A stretch of DNA of 64,000 nt from an uncultured beta proteobacterium (GTDB lineage Bacteria > Pseudomonadota > Gammaproteobacteria > Burkholderiales > Casimicrobiaceae), in the NCBI GenBank assembly GCA_963749795.1, contig CAVVOR010000001.1, positions 87,957 to 151,956 of the forward strand. The letters run 5' to 3'. Within the stretch, counting starts at the first letter, position 1; each line of letters opens with the position of its first letter. Positions 29,588-38,593 of the stretch are shown piece by piece. Under the pieces are notes generated by a model. It saw nothing but the letters and a program-made list of their open reading frames with translations. It ran no database searches and had not been told where the DNA came from. Both the position numbers and the translations under genes were made by a program.

Positions 29588-30529
29588 TCAGATGTGCATG
29601 CGTCTCCACGAACCGGGGCTGCGACCGATGCGCGCAGTGAAGATCCGCGTGAAATGACTTTGGCTTGCGAAGCCACACGCGAGACCAACATCGACCAGCG
29701 ATCTGGCGGGATCGCGCAGAAGCTGCGTGGCCATCTCAACTCTTCGTTCGAGGAGCCATCGGTGTGGCGGAAGTCCCGTCGAACGGCTGAAAGCGCGGGT
29801 GAAGTGTCGAGGCGAGAGCCCGCATTCTTCCGCCAGGCGCGGAACGGAAATCGAATTCTCCCCGGTGGCCGTGAGCAGCGCCTTGACGCGACGTAGCTGC
29901 CAAGGCGCGAGGCCCCCAGTTGATGCGCCAGTGGGCCGACTGCGTAGCTCGCGTATGAACTCGTCGGGTGCGACGTAGTACGGATTCTCTTGCACCCGTC
30001 CGTCCACGATTGTGAACGGGTGCGTTCGCATCACATCGACCAGAAAGTCAGCGGCAAAGCGAGACGAGTCGTAGACGCATATGACCGCGTTCTTGCGCTT
30101 TCTCTGCCGCATCCATACCTCGTTGGCGCGCGCCTCGTATTCGAGGAGGCTGTCGACGGCCGGCGTGCCCTCGAGCGCCCATTCCATGTGGGTTACGAAG
30201 CGCACCTGCGGAAATCCCAGATCCAGAGCCTCGCGTGCCTGGCGCCTGAAAAAGTCGAGCGTGCGCTGCGGCTCGAAGTTGCCATCAGGACGGTGGCTCA
30301 AGTTCCAATCCTGCATCTTGAAGCGGCCGTTTTCGCGCGCCGGTGGGATGTCTACTCCAGCAGCCACTAATCGCGCCTCATGGGCCCCGCAAGAGGCCGG
30401 CGGCACCGTGTGGATCACCTGATACCCACGCCGAATTCCGTCTCCGACGAAGTCGGAGAGCACGCGATCTTGCTCCTCCGCGGAGGAAAAGAATGCGCAA
30501 GCGTGAGGGCGTATGTCGAAAGGCGTCAT
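29588..30529 (-). CDS. MEDS-domain / AraC-HTH transcriptional regulator
   Basis: N-terminal half resembles the MEDS (DcmR-type) sensory domain (HACAFFSSAEEQ.., VTHMEWAL.., VICVYD). C-terminal AraC HTH: GFASQSHFTRIFTARIGRSPGSWRR. Start taken at MTPFDIRPH (30529). Confidence 0.7.
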   Translation of the reverse strand: MTPFDIRPHACAFFSSAEEQDRVLSDFVGDGIRRGYQVIHTVPPASCGAHEARLVAAGVDIPPARENGRFKMQDWNLSHRPDGNFEPQRTLDFFRRQAREALDLGFPQVRFVTHMEWALEGTPAVDSLLEYEARANEVWMRQRKRKNAVICVYDSSRFAADFLVDVMRTHPFTIVDGRVQENPYYVAPDEFIRELRSRPTGASTGGLAPWQLRRVKALLTATGENSISVPRLAEECGLSPRHFTRAFSRSTGLPPHRWLLERRVEMATQLLRDPARSLVDVGLACGFASQSHFTRIFTARIGRSPGSWRRMHI

Positions 30530-30822
30530 CGGGGGAGGGTGCCGCAGGGCTCCAGTCTTGCCTCGGCACGCCTCGATTATATGTCCGTATTCGACAAACC
30601 ATGACGTGACGGTGAAAGACGCGAAGTCCGGGGTACGCAAGTATTGAGGCGTGCGACGAGCGGCGTTTTCTTGGTGCGTTCCTCTCGCCAACTGCTCCTG
30701 TCGCGAGCCGAAAGCTCAGCCGCCCGGCGACACTTGTACGTAGTGCCCTCGCGTCGTCAAGCTCAAGCAACGAGGGGCGTCTGAGCATCCTTCTCTGTTT
30801 AACTCCTTGATGAGGAATCCAC

Positions 30823-31830
30823 GTGATAAAGACCGCCTTCGGAACTCGAGTGATTGGCGTCGCCGTAATCTCCACCCTTGGTCTCGCAACGACTGGCTAC
30901 GCGCAGACCGCTTCGAACGAACCGTTGCGCGACAGCCCCCAAGAAATGGTCGATGCCCTTCACAGCGCGTTCGGCGTCCAGCACGCTCGCGCAGTGCATG
31001 CGAAAGGCATTCTGCTCACGGGTACGTTTACTCCGTCCAAAGACGCTCAGCGCCTTGCGAAGGCAGCGGTGTTCAGCAGCGGCACCGTTCCGATCACGGC
31101 GCGTTTCTCGGATTTCACTGGGATTCCGGAGATTCCGGATACGGTCGGCGACGCCAATCCCCGAGGCCTTGCGATCAAGTTCAAGCTTCCCGGTGATGCG
31201 AGCATGGATATAGTTGCGCACAGCTTCAACGGATTTCCCACGGCCAACGCTAACGAGTTTGGTTATCTGCTGCGTGCCATCGGGACGAGTGGGCCCGAGG
31301 CGAAAAAACCCACTGATATTGATCAATTTCTAGCGACGCACCCGATCGCCAAGACGTTTCTGACGACACAAAAACCGGCACCCGTTAGCTACGGAACCTT
31401 GGCCTATTTCGGAGTCAACTCGTTCAAGTTTACGAGCGCGTCGGGGCAGTCACAGTTTGTGCGGTATCGGTTTGTTCCTCGGGCAGGCGAGCAATTTCTC
31501 GATTCAGCCGCTCTAAAGAGCAAAGGACCCAACTACTTGGCCGAGGAAATCACAGCGCGCATTTCCACCGGTCCGGTCGTCTACGACTGGTACGCGCAGA
31601 TCGCGGCAGCGGGCGACGCTATCGCCGATCCGTCTGTCGCGTGGCCGGAGAGCCGCCAACTCGTCAAACTCGGAACCATCACCATTTCCCGTTTAGTTCC
31701 TGACCAGGCGGCAACGGACAAAGTAACCATGTTCATCCCGAACAATGTTCCCGCAGGCATCGAGCCGGCCGATCCAATGTTGACGGTTCGTAGTTCCGCT
31801 TACCCAATCTCATTTGCCGGCCGTCAATAA
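30823..31830 (+). CDS. secreted catalase-related haem protein (small catalase-family peroxidase)
   Basis: Signal peptide, then ..GVQHARAVHAKGILLTGTFTP.. (the catalase distal His motif HAKG) and ..ARFSDFTGIPEIPD..PRGLAIKF.. About 335 aa, far shorter than true catalases. Confidence 0.8.
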   Translation: MIKTAFGTRVIGVAVISTLGLATTGYAQTASNEPLRDSPQEMVDALHSAFGVQHARAVHAKGILLTGTFTPSKDAQRLAKAAVFSSGTVPITARFSDFTGIPEIPDTVGDANPRGLAIKFKLPGDASMDIVAHSFNGFPTANANEFGYLLRAIGTSGPEAKKPTDIDQFLATHPIAKTFLTTQKPAPVSYGTLAYFGVNSFKFTSASGQSQFVRYRFVPRAGEQFLDSAALKSKGPNYLAEEITARISTGPVVYDWYAQIAAAGDAIADPSVAWPESRQLVKLGTITISRLVPDQAATDKVTMFIPNNVPAGIEPADPMLTVRSSAYPISFAGRQ

Positions 31831-31881
31831 GCTGTCCGTCGGTGTTGTCAGACGTTTCACCTCCAAAGGTATCTGACTTTG

Positions 31882-31911
31882 ACAACAGGCGTTTCCACGC
31901 CTGTTGTTTTT
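31882..31911 (+). terminator. rho-independent terminator
   Basis: ACAACAGGCG tttcca CGCCTGTTGT followed by TTTT. Confidence 0.65.
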
Positions 31912-32133
31912 GGCGTTGAGGCGCGATGCGCGAACGTCTGTGATGACATTCCGGTCGGCACGATCGCTGACGAATAACTGACATTGCAAAGTCGATTCGC
32001 GTCGGAATAACGAGTGTAGATCCCCTGTTTGAAACAGCAGACGCACGCGCGTGCGTCGAGTGCGAGGGAGGGGCGCGCGTCGGTGCCGGCGTGTGCCGGG
32101 CTACGTTTGTAAAATTTCTACATCGGAGCTCCC

Positions 32134-33342
32134 ATGAACAATTCAGCTTCTTCCTTCGCGCGACGCGCTCTCCGACTTACCGCGTTCGCTCTCGGGATGG
32201 TGGTGAGCGCGGCGGTCGTCGCGGATCCCGGGAATTACATCGTTCACAATCTCGTTTCGGATCTGGCGGGCGGGGCCGACCATACGGATCTCAATCTCAA
32301 GAACGGCTGGGGCCTCGTGTTCGGTCCGACGACCCCGGTTTGGGTTTCGGACAACACCACCGGCGTGTCGACGGTCTACGACGGCGACGGAAATCCAATT
32401 CTCGTCGGCAGTCCGCCACAACCACTGGTCGTAACTATTCCCGGCGGCGCACCGACCGGCATAACGTTTAACCCGTCCGCTACCGACTTTCAAATCGTCT
32501 GTCCCGCAGGCACTGCCGCGTCCGCTGCGACGTTTCTTTGGGCCACGGAAAACGGAGTCATTGCCGCGTGGAAAGGTAGCTGCGGCTCTACCGCAGTGAC
32601 CATACCGTCTACGGCGACCACCAACGGTGTGTACAAGGGCATCGCCATCGCCGGTGACGGCGCAACGGATTTTCGCTTGTTTGCCGCAGATCTCTTCAAC
32701 GGCAAAATCCAGGTGTTCGACCACAATTTCATGCCGACGAGCGTTCCGGGCGGCTTCGTGGATCCGAACCTTCCGCCAGGCTATGCCCCGTTTAACATCC
32801 TGAGTCTTCAGGGCAACCTCTACGTCTCCTACGCCTTTCACATGGCTGGCGACCACGATGAAACTGCGGGCCCAGGGCTTGGTATTGTCGACGCGTTCGA
32901 CGCAGACGGTTTCCTGATCGAACGCGTCGCCACTGGCGGCAAGCTCAACGCGCCGTGGGGCATGGCGTTCGCACCGGCCGACTTCGGCAAATTCAGCAGT
33001 ATGTTGCTGGTCGCCAACTTTGGCGACGGCACGATCAGCGCCTTCGATACGAAGAAGAACAACTTTGCGGGTCAGTTGCGCACCGGCAATGGTCAGGTAC
33101 TCGCGATCGATGGACTTTGGGGTATCGCCTTCGGCAACAACTTCCGCGGTCAACCTGCCAACGCACTCTTCTTCGCTGCTGGGCCCAACGGCGAAAGCGA
33201 CGGACTGTACGGCACCATCCTGCCCGCGCCCAACCAAGGCGAAGGAGGCGGTAAGCAGGGAGACAATGGGCAAGGAGACAATGGACAAGGCACTCACGGG
33301 GGAAACTCAGGTCACTCCCACGGAAACTGGCCCGGACCGTGA
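32134..33342 (+). CDS. secreted TIGR03118-like repeat protein
   Basis: Signal peptide. ..HNLVSDLAGGADHTDLNLKNGWGL.., ..LNAPWGMAFAPADFG.., ..GLWGIAFGN.. match my recollection of the TIGR03118 family. Gly/Asn/Gln-rich tail. Confidence 0.65.
   Translation: MNNSASSFARRALRLTAFALGMVVSAAVVADPGNYIVHNLVSDLAGGADHTDLNLKNGWGLVFGPTTPVWVSDNTTGVSTVYDGDGNPILVGSPPQPLVVTIPGGAPTGITFNPSATDFQIVCPAGTAASAATFLWATENGVIAAWKGSCGSTAVTIPSTATTNGVYKGIAIAGDGATDFRLFAADLFNGKIQVFDHNFMPTSVPGGFVDPNLPPGYAPFNILSLQGNLYVSYAFHMAGDHDETAGPGLGIVDAFDADGFLIERVATGGKLNAPWGMAFAPADFGKFSSMLLVANFGDGTISAFDTKKNNFAGQLRTGNGQVLAIDGLWGIAFGNNFRGQPANALFFAAGPNGESDGLYGTILPAPNQGEGGGKQGDNGQGDNGQGTHGGNSGHSHGNWPGP
33259..33288 (+). repeat. 15-nt in-frame tandem duplication (GDNGQ GDNGQ)
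   Basis: ggagacaatgggcaa ggagacaatggacaa. Confidence 0.85.
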
Positions 33343-33360
33343 CGGCATCGACTGCTGAAG

Positions 33361-33389
33361 AAACGCCGCGACTCGTCGCGGCGTTTTTA
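33361..33389. terminator. hairpin terminator between convergent genes
   Basis: AAACGCCGCGA ctcg TCGCGGCGTTT followed by TTAC. Flanked by A-run/T-run, so potentially bidirectional. Confidence 0.6.
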
Positions 33390-33461
33390 CTTGTGGCGGA
33401 CACCGACGGCGACAGTCGATCAACCGCTGGAAGGAGCGTGAGGGTGACGACCAGCTGATCC

Positions 33462-35682
33462 CTAAGACAACAACTTGTCCACGGTAATGGGCAGTTGGCG
33501 GACACGCACGCCTGTGGCGTGGTAGAGAGCATTACAAATGGCGGCCGCCACACCCGTGATACCGATTTCTCCGACACCGCGTACGCCGAGAGGGTTAAAG
33601 ATTAGATCAGGTACTTCGATGAAATTGACTTCCAAGCTCTGAATGTCAGCGTTGACCGGTACGTGATACTCCGACAGATTGGCGTTGACGAATCTGCCGG
33701 TGTTCAAATCGAGTATTGAGTGCTCCTGCAGAGCGAGGCTTATTCCCCACACAATGCCGCCCTGGATTTGACTGCGAGCGGTCTTAACGTTCAGGAGGCG
33801 GCCGACATCATAGGTAGCGACGACTCGCGGTACGCGTATTTGTCCAATATCTTCATCTACGGCGACTTCCACGAAGACGGCGCCGAACGAATGCAACGAG
33901 TGCTGGGATTTTTCGTCGCCTGGCCCGACATGCGCATTGGCTTCTATTGGTTTCCCCTGCCGAGCTGCGACGCTCGCGACTCGCTCTTTGGTGGATGAGG
34001 CGCGTAAGGAGAGCCAGCCGTCGACAAAATCGATCTGATCCACGGCGGCGCCATAAAGAGGAGACGCGCGGTCTGCGACCGCGGATGCAGCGATTTGTTG
34101 GCGCAAGGCAAGACACGCGGCTTGCACCGCGGGAGAAACACTCGCCGCTGTGGTCGACCCTCCCGACACCGGCGCTTCCGGAAACGTCGTGTCCCCGAGC
34201 TCGAAGCGGACGGTATGGATTGGCATGCCTAAGGTTTCCGCGGCCACCTGAGTCATCACCGTATATGTGCCGGTGCCGATATCCTGCGAGCCTGATTTAA
34301 CCATCACCAACCCGTCGGGAAACAATACCGCTGACGCGGATGCCGGCGAACGGTTCGCTGGATATGTAGCCGTTGCCATTCCCCAGCCGCGAAGCAGCGG
34401 ACCGTCGTGCATCGACCGTGGTCGGGGAGGGCGCGTGCTCCAGCCAAAACGCGCGGCCGCGTCGCGGTAGCAATCGCGCAGCTGTTTGCTTGAAAAGGGC
34501 TTCCCGCTCTCCGGTTCCGTTTCCGCGTAGTTGCGTTCACGCAGTTCCAGCGGATCAATGCCGAGTTTGTAGGCCAGTTCGTCCATGGCCACTTCGAGTG
34601 CGAAGGACCCCGTCGCTTCGCCTGGGGCGCGCTGAAATGTCGGCGTCCCGACATTCAACTGTGTCAGACGATGAGCCGTGCTCACGTTCGGACACGCATA
34701 GAGCATGCGGGTGACCATGGCGGACGGCTCAACGAAATCTTCGATCGCTGACGTATGCGAGACGACTTCGTGTTGCATCGCGGTCAGCTGTCCATCCGCT
34801 TGCGCGCCCAGCACTATCCGCTGCTCCGTTTGTGGACGGCCACCGACGGGGCCAAACATCTGCGGGCGTGTCAACACGAGCTTGACGGGTTGCTGCAACT
34901 TTCGCGCGGCCATTGCGGCAAGCACCACATGCGACCACACCGACCCCTTACAGCCAAAGCCGCCACCGACAAATGGCGATACGACTCTCACTCGCCTCTG
35001 GATCGATGCCGAGAACCTTCGCCACGGTTTTCTGAACACCGGTAATGTACTGAGTCGAGTCATACAAGGTCAGATGTGCGCCTTCCCAGTGCGCGACGGT
35101 CGCATGCGGCTCCATCGGGTTGTGGGTTTGCATCGGGGTCGAATAGGTTGCTTCGACCGTGGCCGCGGCCGCAGCAAGCGGAGCCTTTGCGTCGCCCCAG
35201 CCCTTGTCCGCATCCGCCTGCCCGGCCTTCTTGGGCTGGTATGAGTTGGACTTCGCCTGATCGAAATTCAGCGTTGCCGCGACCGTCGAATAAGTTACGC
35301 GCAACAACGACGCCGCTGTAGTGGCCTGTTCGAGCGAAGCCGCAACGACCACCGCGATCGGTTGTCCGTGATAATGCACCACGTCATCTTGCAGCAAGGA
35401 CAGTACCCGCCCGGCAGGGGGATTTACCGCCGCGCGTCCTCCGTCCGGCAAGCGCGGCGCATTCGCGTGCGTCATTACGAGCCTGACTCCAGGAGCGTGT
35501 TCCGCGCGCGTTACATCCATGGCGACGATTCTTCCCTGCGCAACCGTACTTTGAACCAACACGGCGTGGCACAGCCCCGGCAATGTTACGTCGCCGGCGT
35601 AGCGCGCGCTTCCGGTTACCTTGAGCGCGCCGTCCGTGCGATCAAGTGGCTGACCGATCCATTTGGACTCGGTCGAGTTCAT
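33462..35682 (-). pseudogene. molybdopterin-binding large subunit of a PaoABC/xanthine-dehydrogenase-family aldehyde oxidoreductase, one extra base
   Basis: ORF 34948..35682 (N-terminus) and ORF 33462..35063 (..VSPFVGGGFGCKG..) join as ..LGIDPE|RVRVVSPF.. if one base is removed at 34995-34996. Length is 1 mod 3. Confidence 0.8.
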
Positions 35683-36665
35683 GCGATCCCGCCGGCATTG
35701 CGAAGTGCCCGGTCCACGGATGCGCGCGTCAGTTGGATTTTGAATGCGTTGTCTTGCAGTGGCTGCGCACCCTCGATTGCGGTGGCGCTTGCCGCGGCAA
35801 CGCTGACGGCACTAAGAGGCGAACCGAGCAACTGTGTCTCGGACCGGAGCGCGCGCCAAGGTTTGTGGGCCACGCCGCCGATGACCAGCCGGGCGTCGGA
35901 CACAATGCCATTCTGGATACGCAATGCGGCGGCGACCGAAACCAGAGCGAACGCGTAGCTGGCGCGATCCCGCACTTTGACGTAATGAGCGTTGCTGGAA
36001 AAATTTGAAGGTGGAAGCTCAACCGCCACGATCAGCTCGCCAGTGTCTAGATTCGTGTCGCGTTCCGGAGAGTTTCCGGGAAGTCGATGAAAATCGCCGA
36101 TTGGAATGCGCCGAACGCCGTTCGCTCCTTTGACTTCAACGATAGCGTCGAGCGCGTACAAAGCAACGCACATATCCGAGGGGTTGACGGCGACGCACTT
36201 CTCACTCGAGCCGAAGATGGCATGCGCACGATTGAAGCCGTCTCGTGCCGCACACCCGGAGCCAGGTGATCGCTTGTTGCATTTTTGGAACGCGATGTCA
36301 GCGAAGTAGTAGCACCGCGTGCGTTGCATCAGATTGCCGCCAACCGTGGCCATGTTGCGCAACTGTGGCGACGCGCCGGCCAGCAACGCCTGCACCAACA
36401 ATGGATATCGTTCACGTACGCGCATGTCACTCGCCAGGTCGCTATTGCGAACCAGGGCGCCGATGCGCAAACCGCCGGCCTTTGTGTCTGCAATCTCTGC
36501 CAATGGCAGGCGGGTAATGTCGACGACAATGGACGGACGCTCAATCCCGCCTTTCATCAGGTCCAGCAGGTTTGTCCCGCCAGCGATAGCCCGTGCACGC
36601 GGGTCGCGCAGTGCCATGACCGCGGTGTCGACATCAGTGGGTCGGGCATAAGAAAACGCGTCCAT
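35679..36665 (-). CDS. FAD-binding medium subunit (PaoB/CoxM-like)
   Basis: ..AIAGGTNLLDLMKGG.. FAD-binding motif. ATGA overlap with the large-subunit start. Confidence 0.85.
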   Translation of the reverse strand: MDAFSYARPTDVDTAVMALRDPRARAIAGGTNLLDLMKGGIERPSIVVDITRLPLAEIADTKAGGLRIGALVRNSDLASDMRVRERYPLLVQALLAGASPQLRNMATVGGNLMQRTRCYYFADIAFQKCNKRSPGSGCAARDGFNRAHAIFGSSEKCVAVNPSDMCVALYALDAIVEVKGANGVRRIPIGDFHRLPGNSPERDTNLDTGELIVAVELPPSNFSSNAHYVKVRDRASYAFALVSVAAALRIQNGIVSDARLVIGGVAHKPWRALRSETQLLGSPLSAVSVAAASATAIEGAQPLQDNAFKIQLTRASVDRALRNAGGIA

Positions 36666-36678
36666 TGGGACCGGTCGC

Positions 36679-37431
36679 TCAGAGAGCGGATCGACCGACT
36701 TCGCTTATTGCGGCGACGATTCCGGCGTACGCGCCGCAGCGACAAATATTGCCGCTCATACGCTCACGAATCTCTGCCGGCTGCAAGTCGACCGAAGCCG
36801 CCCGACCCAATTGCGCGGTCATCGCGCTGGGCATGCCGTTCTTTGCTTCTTCCAACATTGCGACCGCAGAGCAAATCTGCCCTGGCGTGCAAAAACCGCA
36901 CTGGAAGCCATCGTTTCGGATGAAGGCTTCTTGCACGGGATGCAACTTGTTCTCGATCGCCAACCCCTCGATGGTGGTAATCGTAGTTCCTTGCTGCATG
37001 ACCGCCAAGGTCAGGCATGAATTGATTCTTCTTCCGTCGACGATAACCGTGCAGGCGCCGCATTGACCTCGGTCGCATCCCTTTTTGGTACCGGTGAGGC
37101 CGACATGCTCTCGCAGGGCGTCCAAGAGGGTTACGCGGGGTTCGAGCGAAAGCGTGTAAGGATGTCGGTTGACGTTCAAGTGAACGGGGATCGCCGCAGG
37201 TCCCATGGCGCGCAAAGTTTCACCGTTGACTGCGTCCCCGCCGGCCGCGGCATAGGCGACGCCGTGCTGGAGCGCACCCGCGGTGACGGCGACCGCAGCC
37301 GTGCGTTGCAAGAATTGGCGCCTTGCGATGTCCACTGACGATACATCGTCCCCGCTCGCTTCAGCCGAGGCCACATCGCGCCTTGAGCCCTCAGCGTCCG
37401 GTCGGTCGAAAAACGGTTTCATGGGTTCCAA
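36679..37431 (-). CDS. [2Fe-2S] small subunit with Tat signal (PaoA-like)
   Basis: Twin-arginine signal ARRQFLQRTAAVAVTAGAL. Cluster motifs CDRGQCGACTV and GFQCGFCTPGQI. Confidence 0.85.
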   Translation of the reverse strand: MEPMKPFFDRPDAEGSRRDVASAEASGDDVSSVDIARRQFLQRTAAVAVTAGALQHGVAYAAAGGDAVNGETLRAMGPAAIPVHLNVNRHPYTLSLEPRVTLLDALREHVGLTGTKKGCDRGQCGACTVIVDGRRINSCLTLAVMQQGTTITTIEGLAIENKLHPVQEAFIRNDGFQCGFCTPGQICSAVAMLEEAKNGMPSAMTAQLGRAASVDLQPAEIRERMSGNICRCGAYAGIVAAISEVGRSAL

Positions 37432-37465
37432 ATAAATTTAAGGTCGCACCGTCAGCAGCGCATCC

Positions 37466-37633
37466 TTATTCGAGACATTCCGCGTGGCCGCAGCTGCAGG
37501 TCCCTTCCGCACCCTGTTCGGACTGGTTCTTGCACAAGATGCTGCAATATTGTCCTGGAGCGTTTACCGTGCATTTGCAATCCGGATGCGCACACTTCGT
37601 TTCCTTGCTTGCATTGCTCTTAGTAGGGGCCAC
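37466..37633 (-). CDS. SmtA/BmtA-like bacterial metallothionein (55 aa), absent from the ORF track
   Basis: My hand translation: MAPTKSNASKETKCAHPDCKCTVNAPGQYCSILCKNQSEQGAEGTCSCGHAECLE. It has 9 Cys and 2 His in the order C-x-H-x2-C-x-C ... YCS-x2-C ... C-x-C-G-H-x2-C. GTG start with GGAG 5 nt upstream. Confidence 0.6.
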   Translation of the reverse strand: MAPTKSNASKETKCAHPDCKCTVNAPGQYCSILCKNQSEQGAEGTCSCGHAECLE

Positions 37634-37883
37634 ATCAACTCCAGGGGACGACCAGATGCAAAGTGTCTCGCCGCTCTAGACTCCGCGGGTATCAGTCGCC
37701 GTCTGATTCCATTGCGGGACAAGTCCGCCTAGCTGCGCGCGATCGGGCTATACCAAGTCCGAAATCGTTCCTGAGCGACATCTGACGGCGGGGCATGCAG
37801 TAGCGGGGCCGCGAGCGAAGATGGCTGCTGCGGCCCGCCAACATTGATAAGCGCGCAACCGCGCGCGCTAACCGTCCAGACGC

Positions 37884-38204
37884 TCAACCACCTTTGGGCG
37901 CGGTTCCCGCGCGGCCTGGGGCGGAGTCGACGCTGTTCGTCGGCACGGGTCCATAGCCGTACATACGATGGATCTGGTCGATGGTCAGTCCTTGTCTATC
38001 CCTGTCCATTGCATCCCACCGCCGCCCAGCTTCATCCATGTACGCTTTCCGTGTGATGCGGCCGTTGTTCTGGGTCGCGTACCCTCCCATCCATCCGGTA
38101 AACGAACTTTGATCGGGGTTACCCGATTGAACATTTTCGGCAAAGACCTGCGAAGAAAGTGCCAGTATCCCAATGCAGCATGCGGAGCGGAGTAATTTGG
38201 TCAT
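37884..38204 (-). CDS. small exported hypothetical protein
   Basis: Clear signal peptide MTKLLRSACCIGILALSSQVFA. No recognisable domain. Confidence 0.5.
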   Translation of the reverse strand: MTKLLRSACCIGILALSSQVFAENVQSGNPDQSSFTGWMGGYATQNNGRITRKAYMDEAGRRWDAMDRDRQGLTIDQIHRMYGYGPVPTNSVDSAPGRAGTAPKGG

Positions 38205-38593
38205 GAAAACCTCCTATAGTTAAACGCGTGAGTACGCGCTGCGAACTATGAAGTTGACCGCCCACAAAGAAAAATCAGCCGCACGCTGAAATCCTTGTAG
38301 GAATGGGGGCAGGCGAGAGCATGCAGCGTTGCGAACCGCATCGCTGCTGGCACTGCGATCACTTCGCGGACTCGCTTGTTTGTCCGGAAACAGGGCCGTC
38401 GACGACCCATCCACTCGCGCGCTTCGGAGTCGGCCAGCCCTGCGCGGCGACGCGACGGCGGTACAAATGACGTAATTCTCGCCGGATTTGCACCGGCGCC
38501 GCCCCGCGATTGGTAACTATTGCAAGCGAAATGCGGGCCCATCACGCAGATCGTTATGAAGACTGCTGAATTGAAACCCTCGCCTTAGCTGGT

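Noticed and set aside
37884-38204. EF-hand calcium-binding motif in the small exported protein (..NNGRITRKAYMDEAGRRWDAMDRDRQGLTIDQI..)
   Set aside because: The DxDxDG-type loop residues are not present. The resemblance is only in helix-loop-helix spacing.
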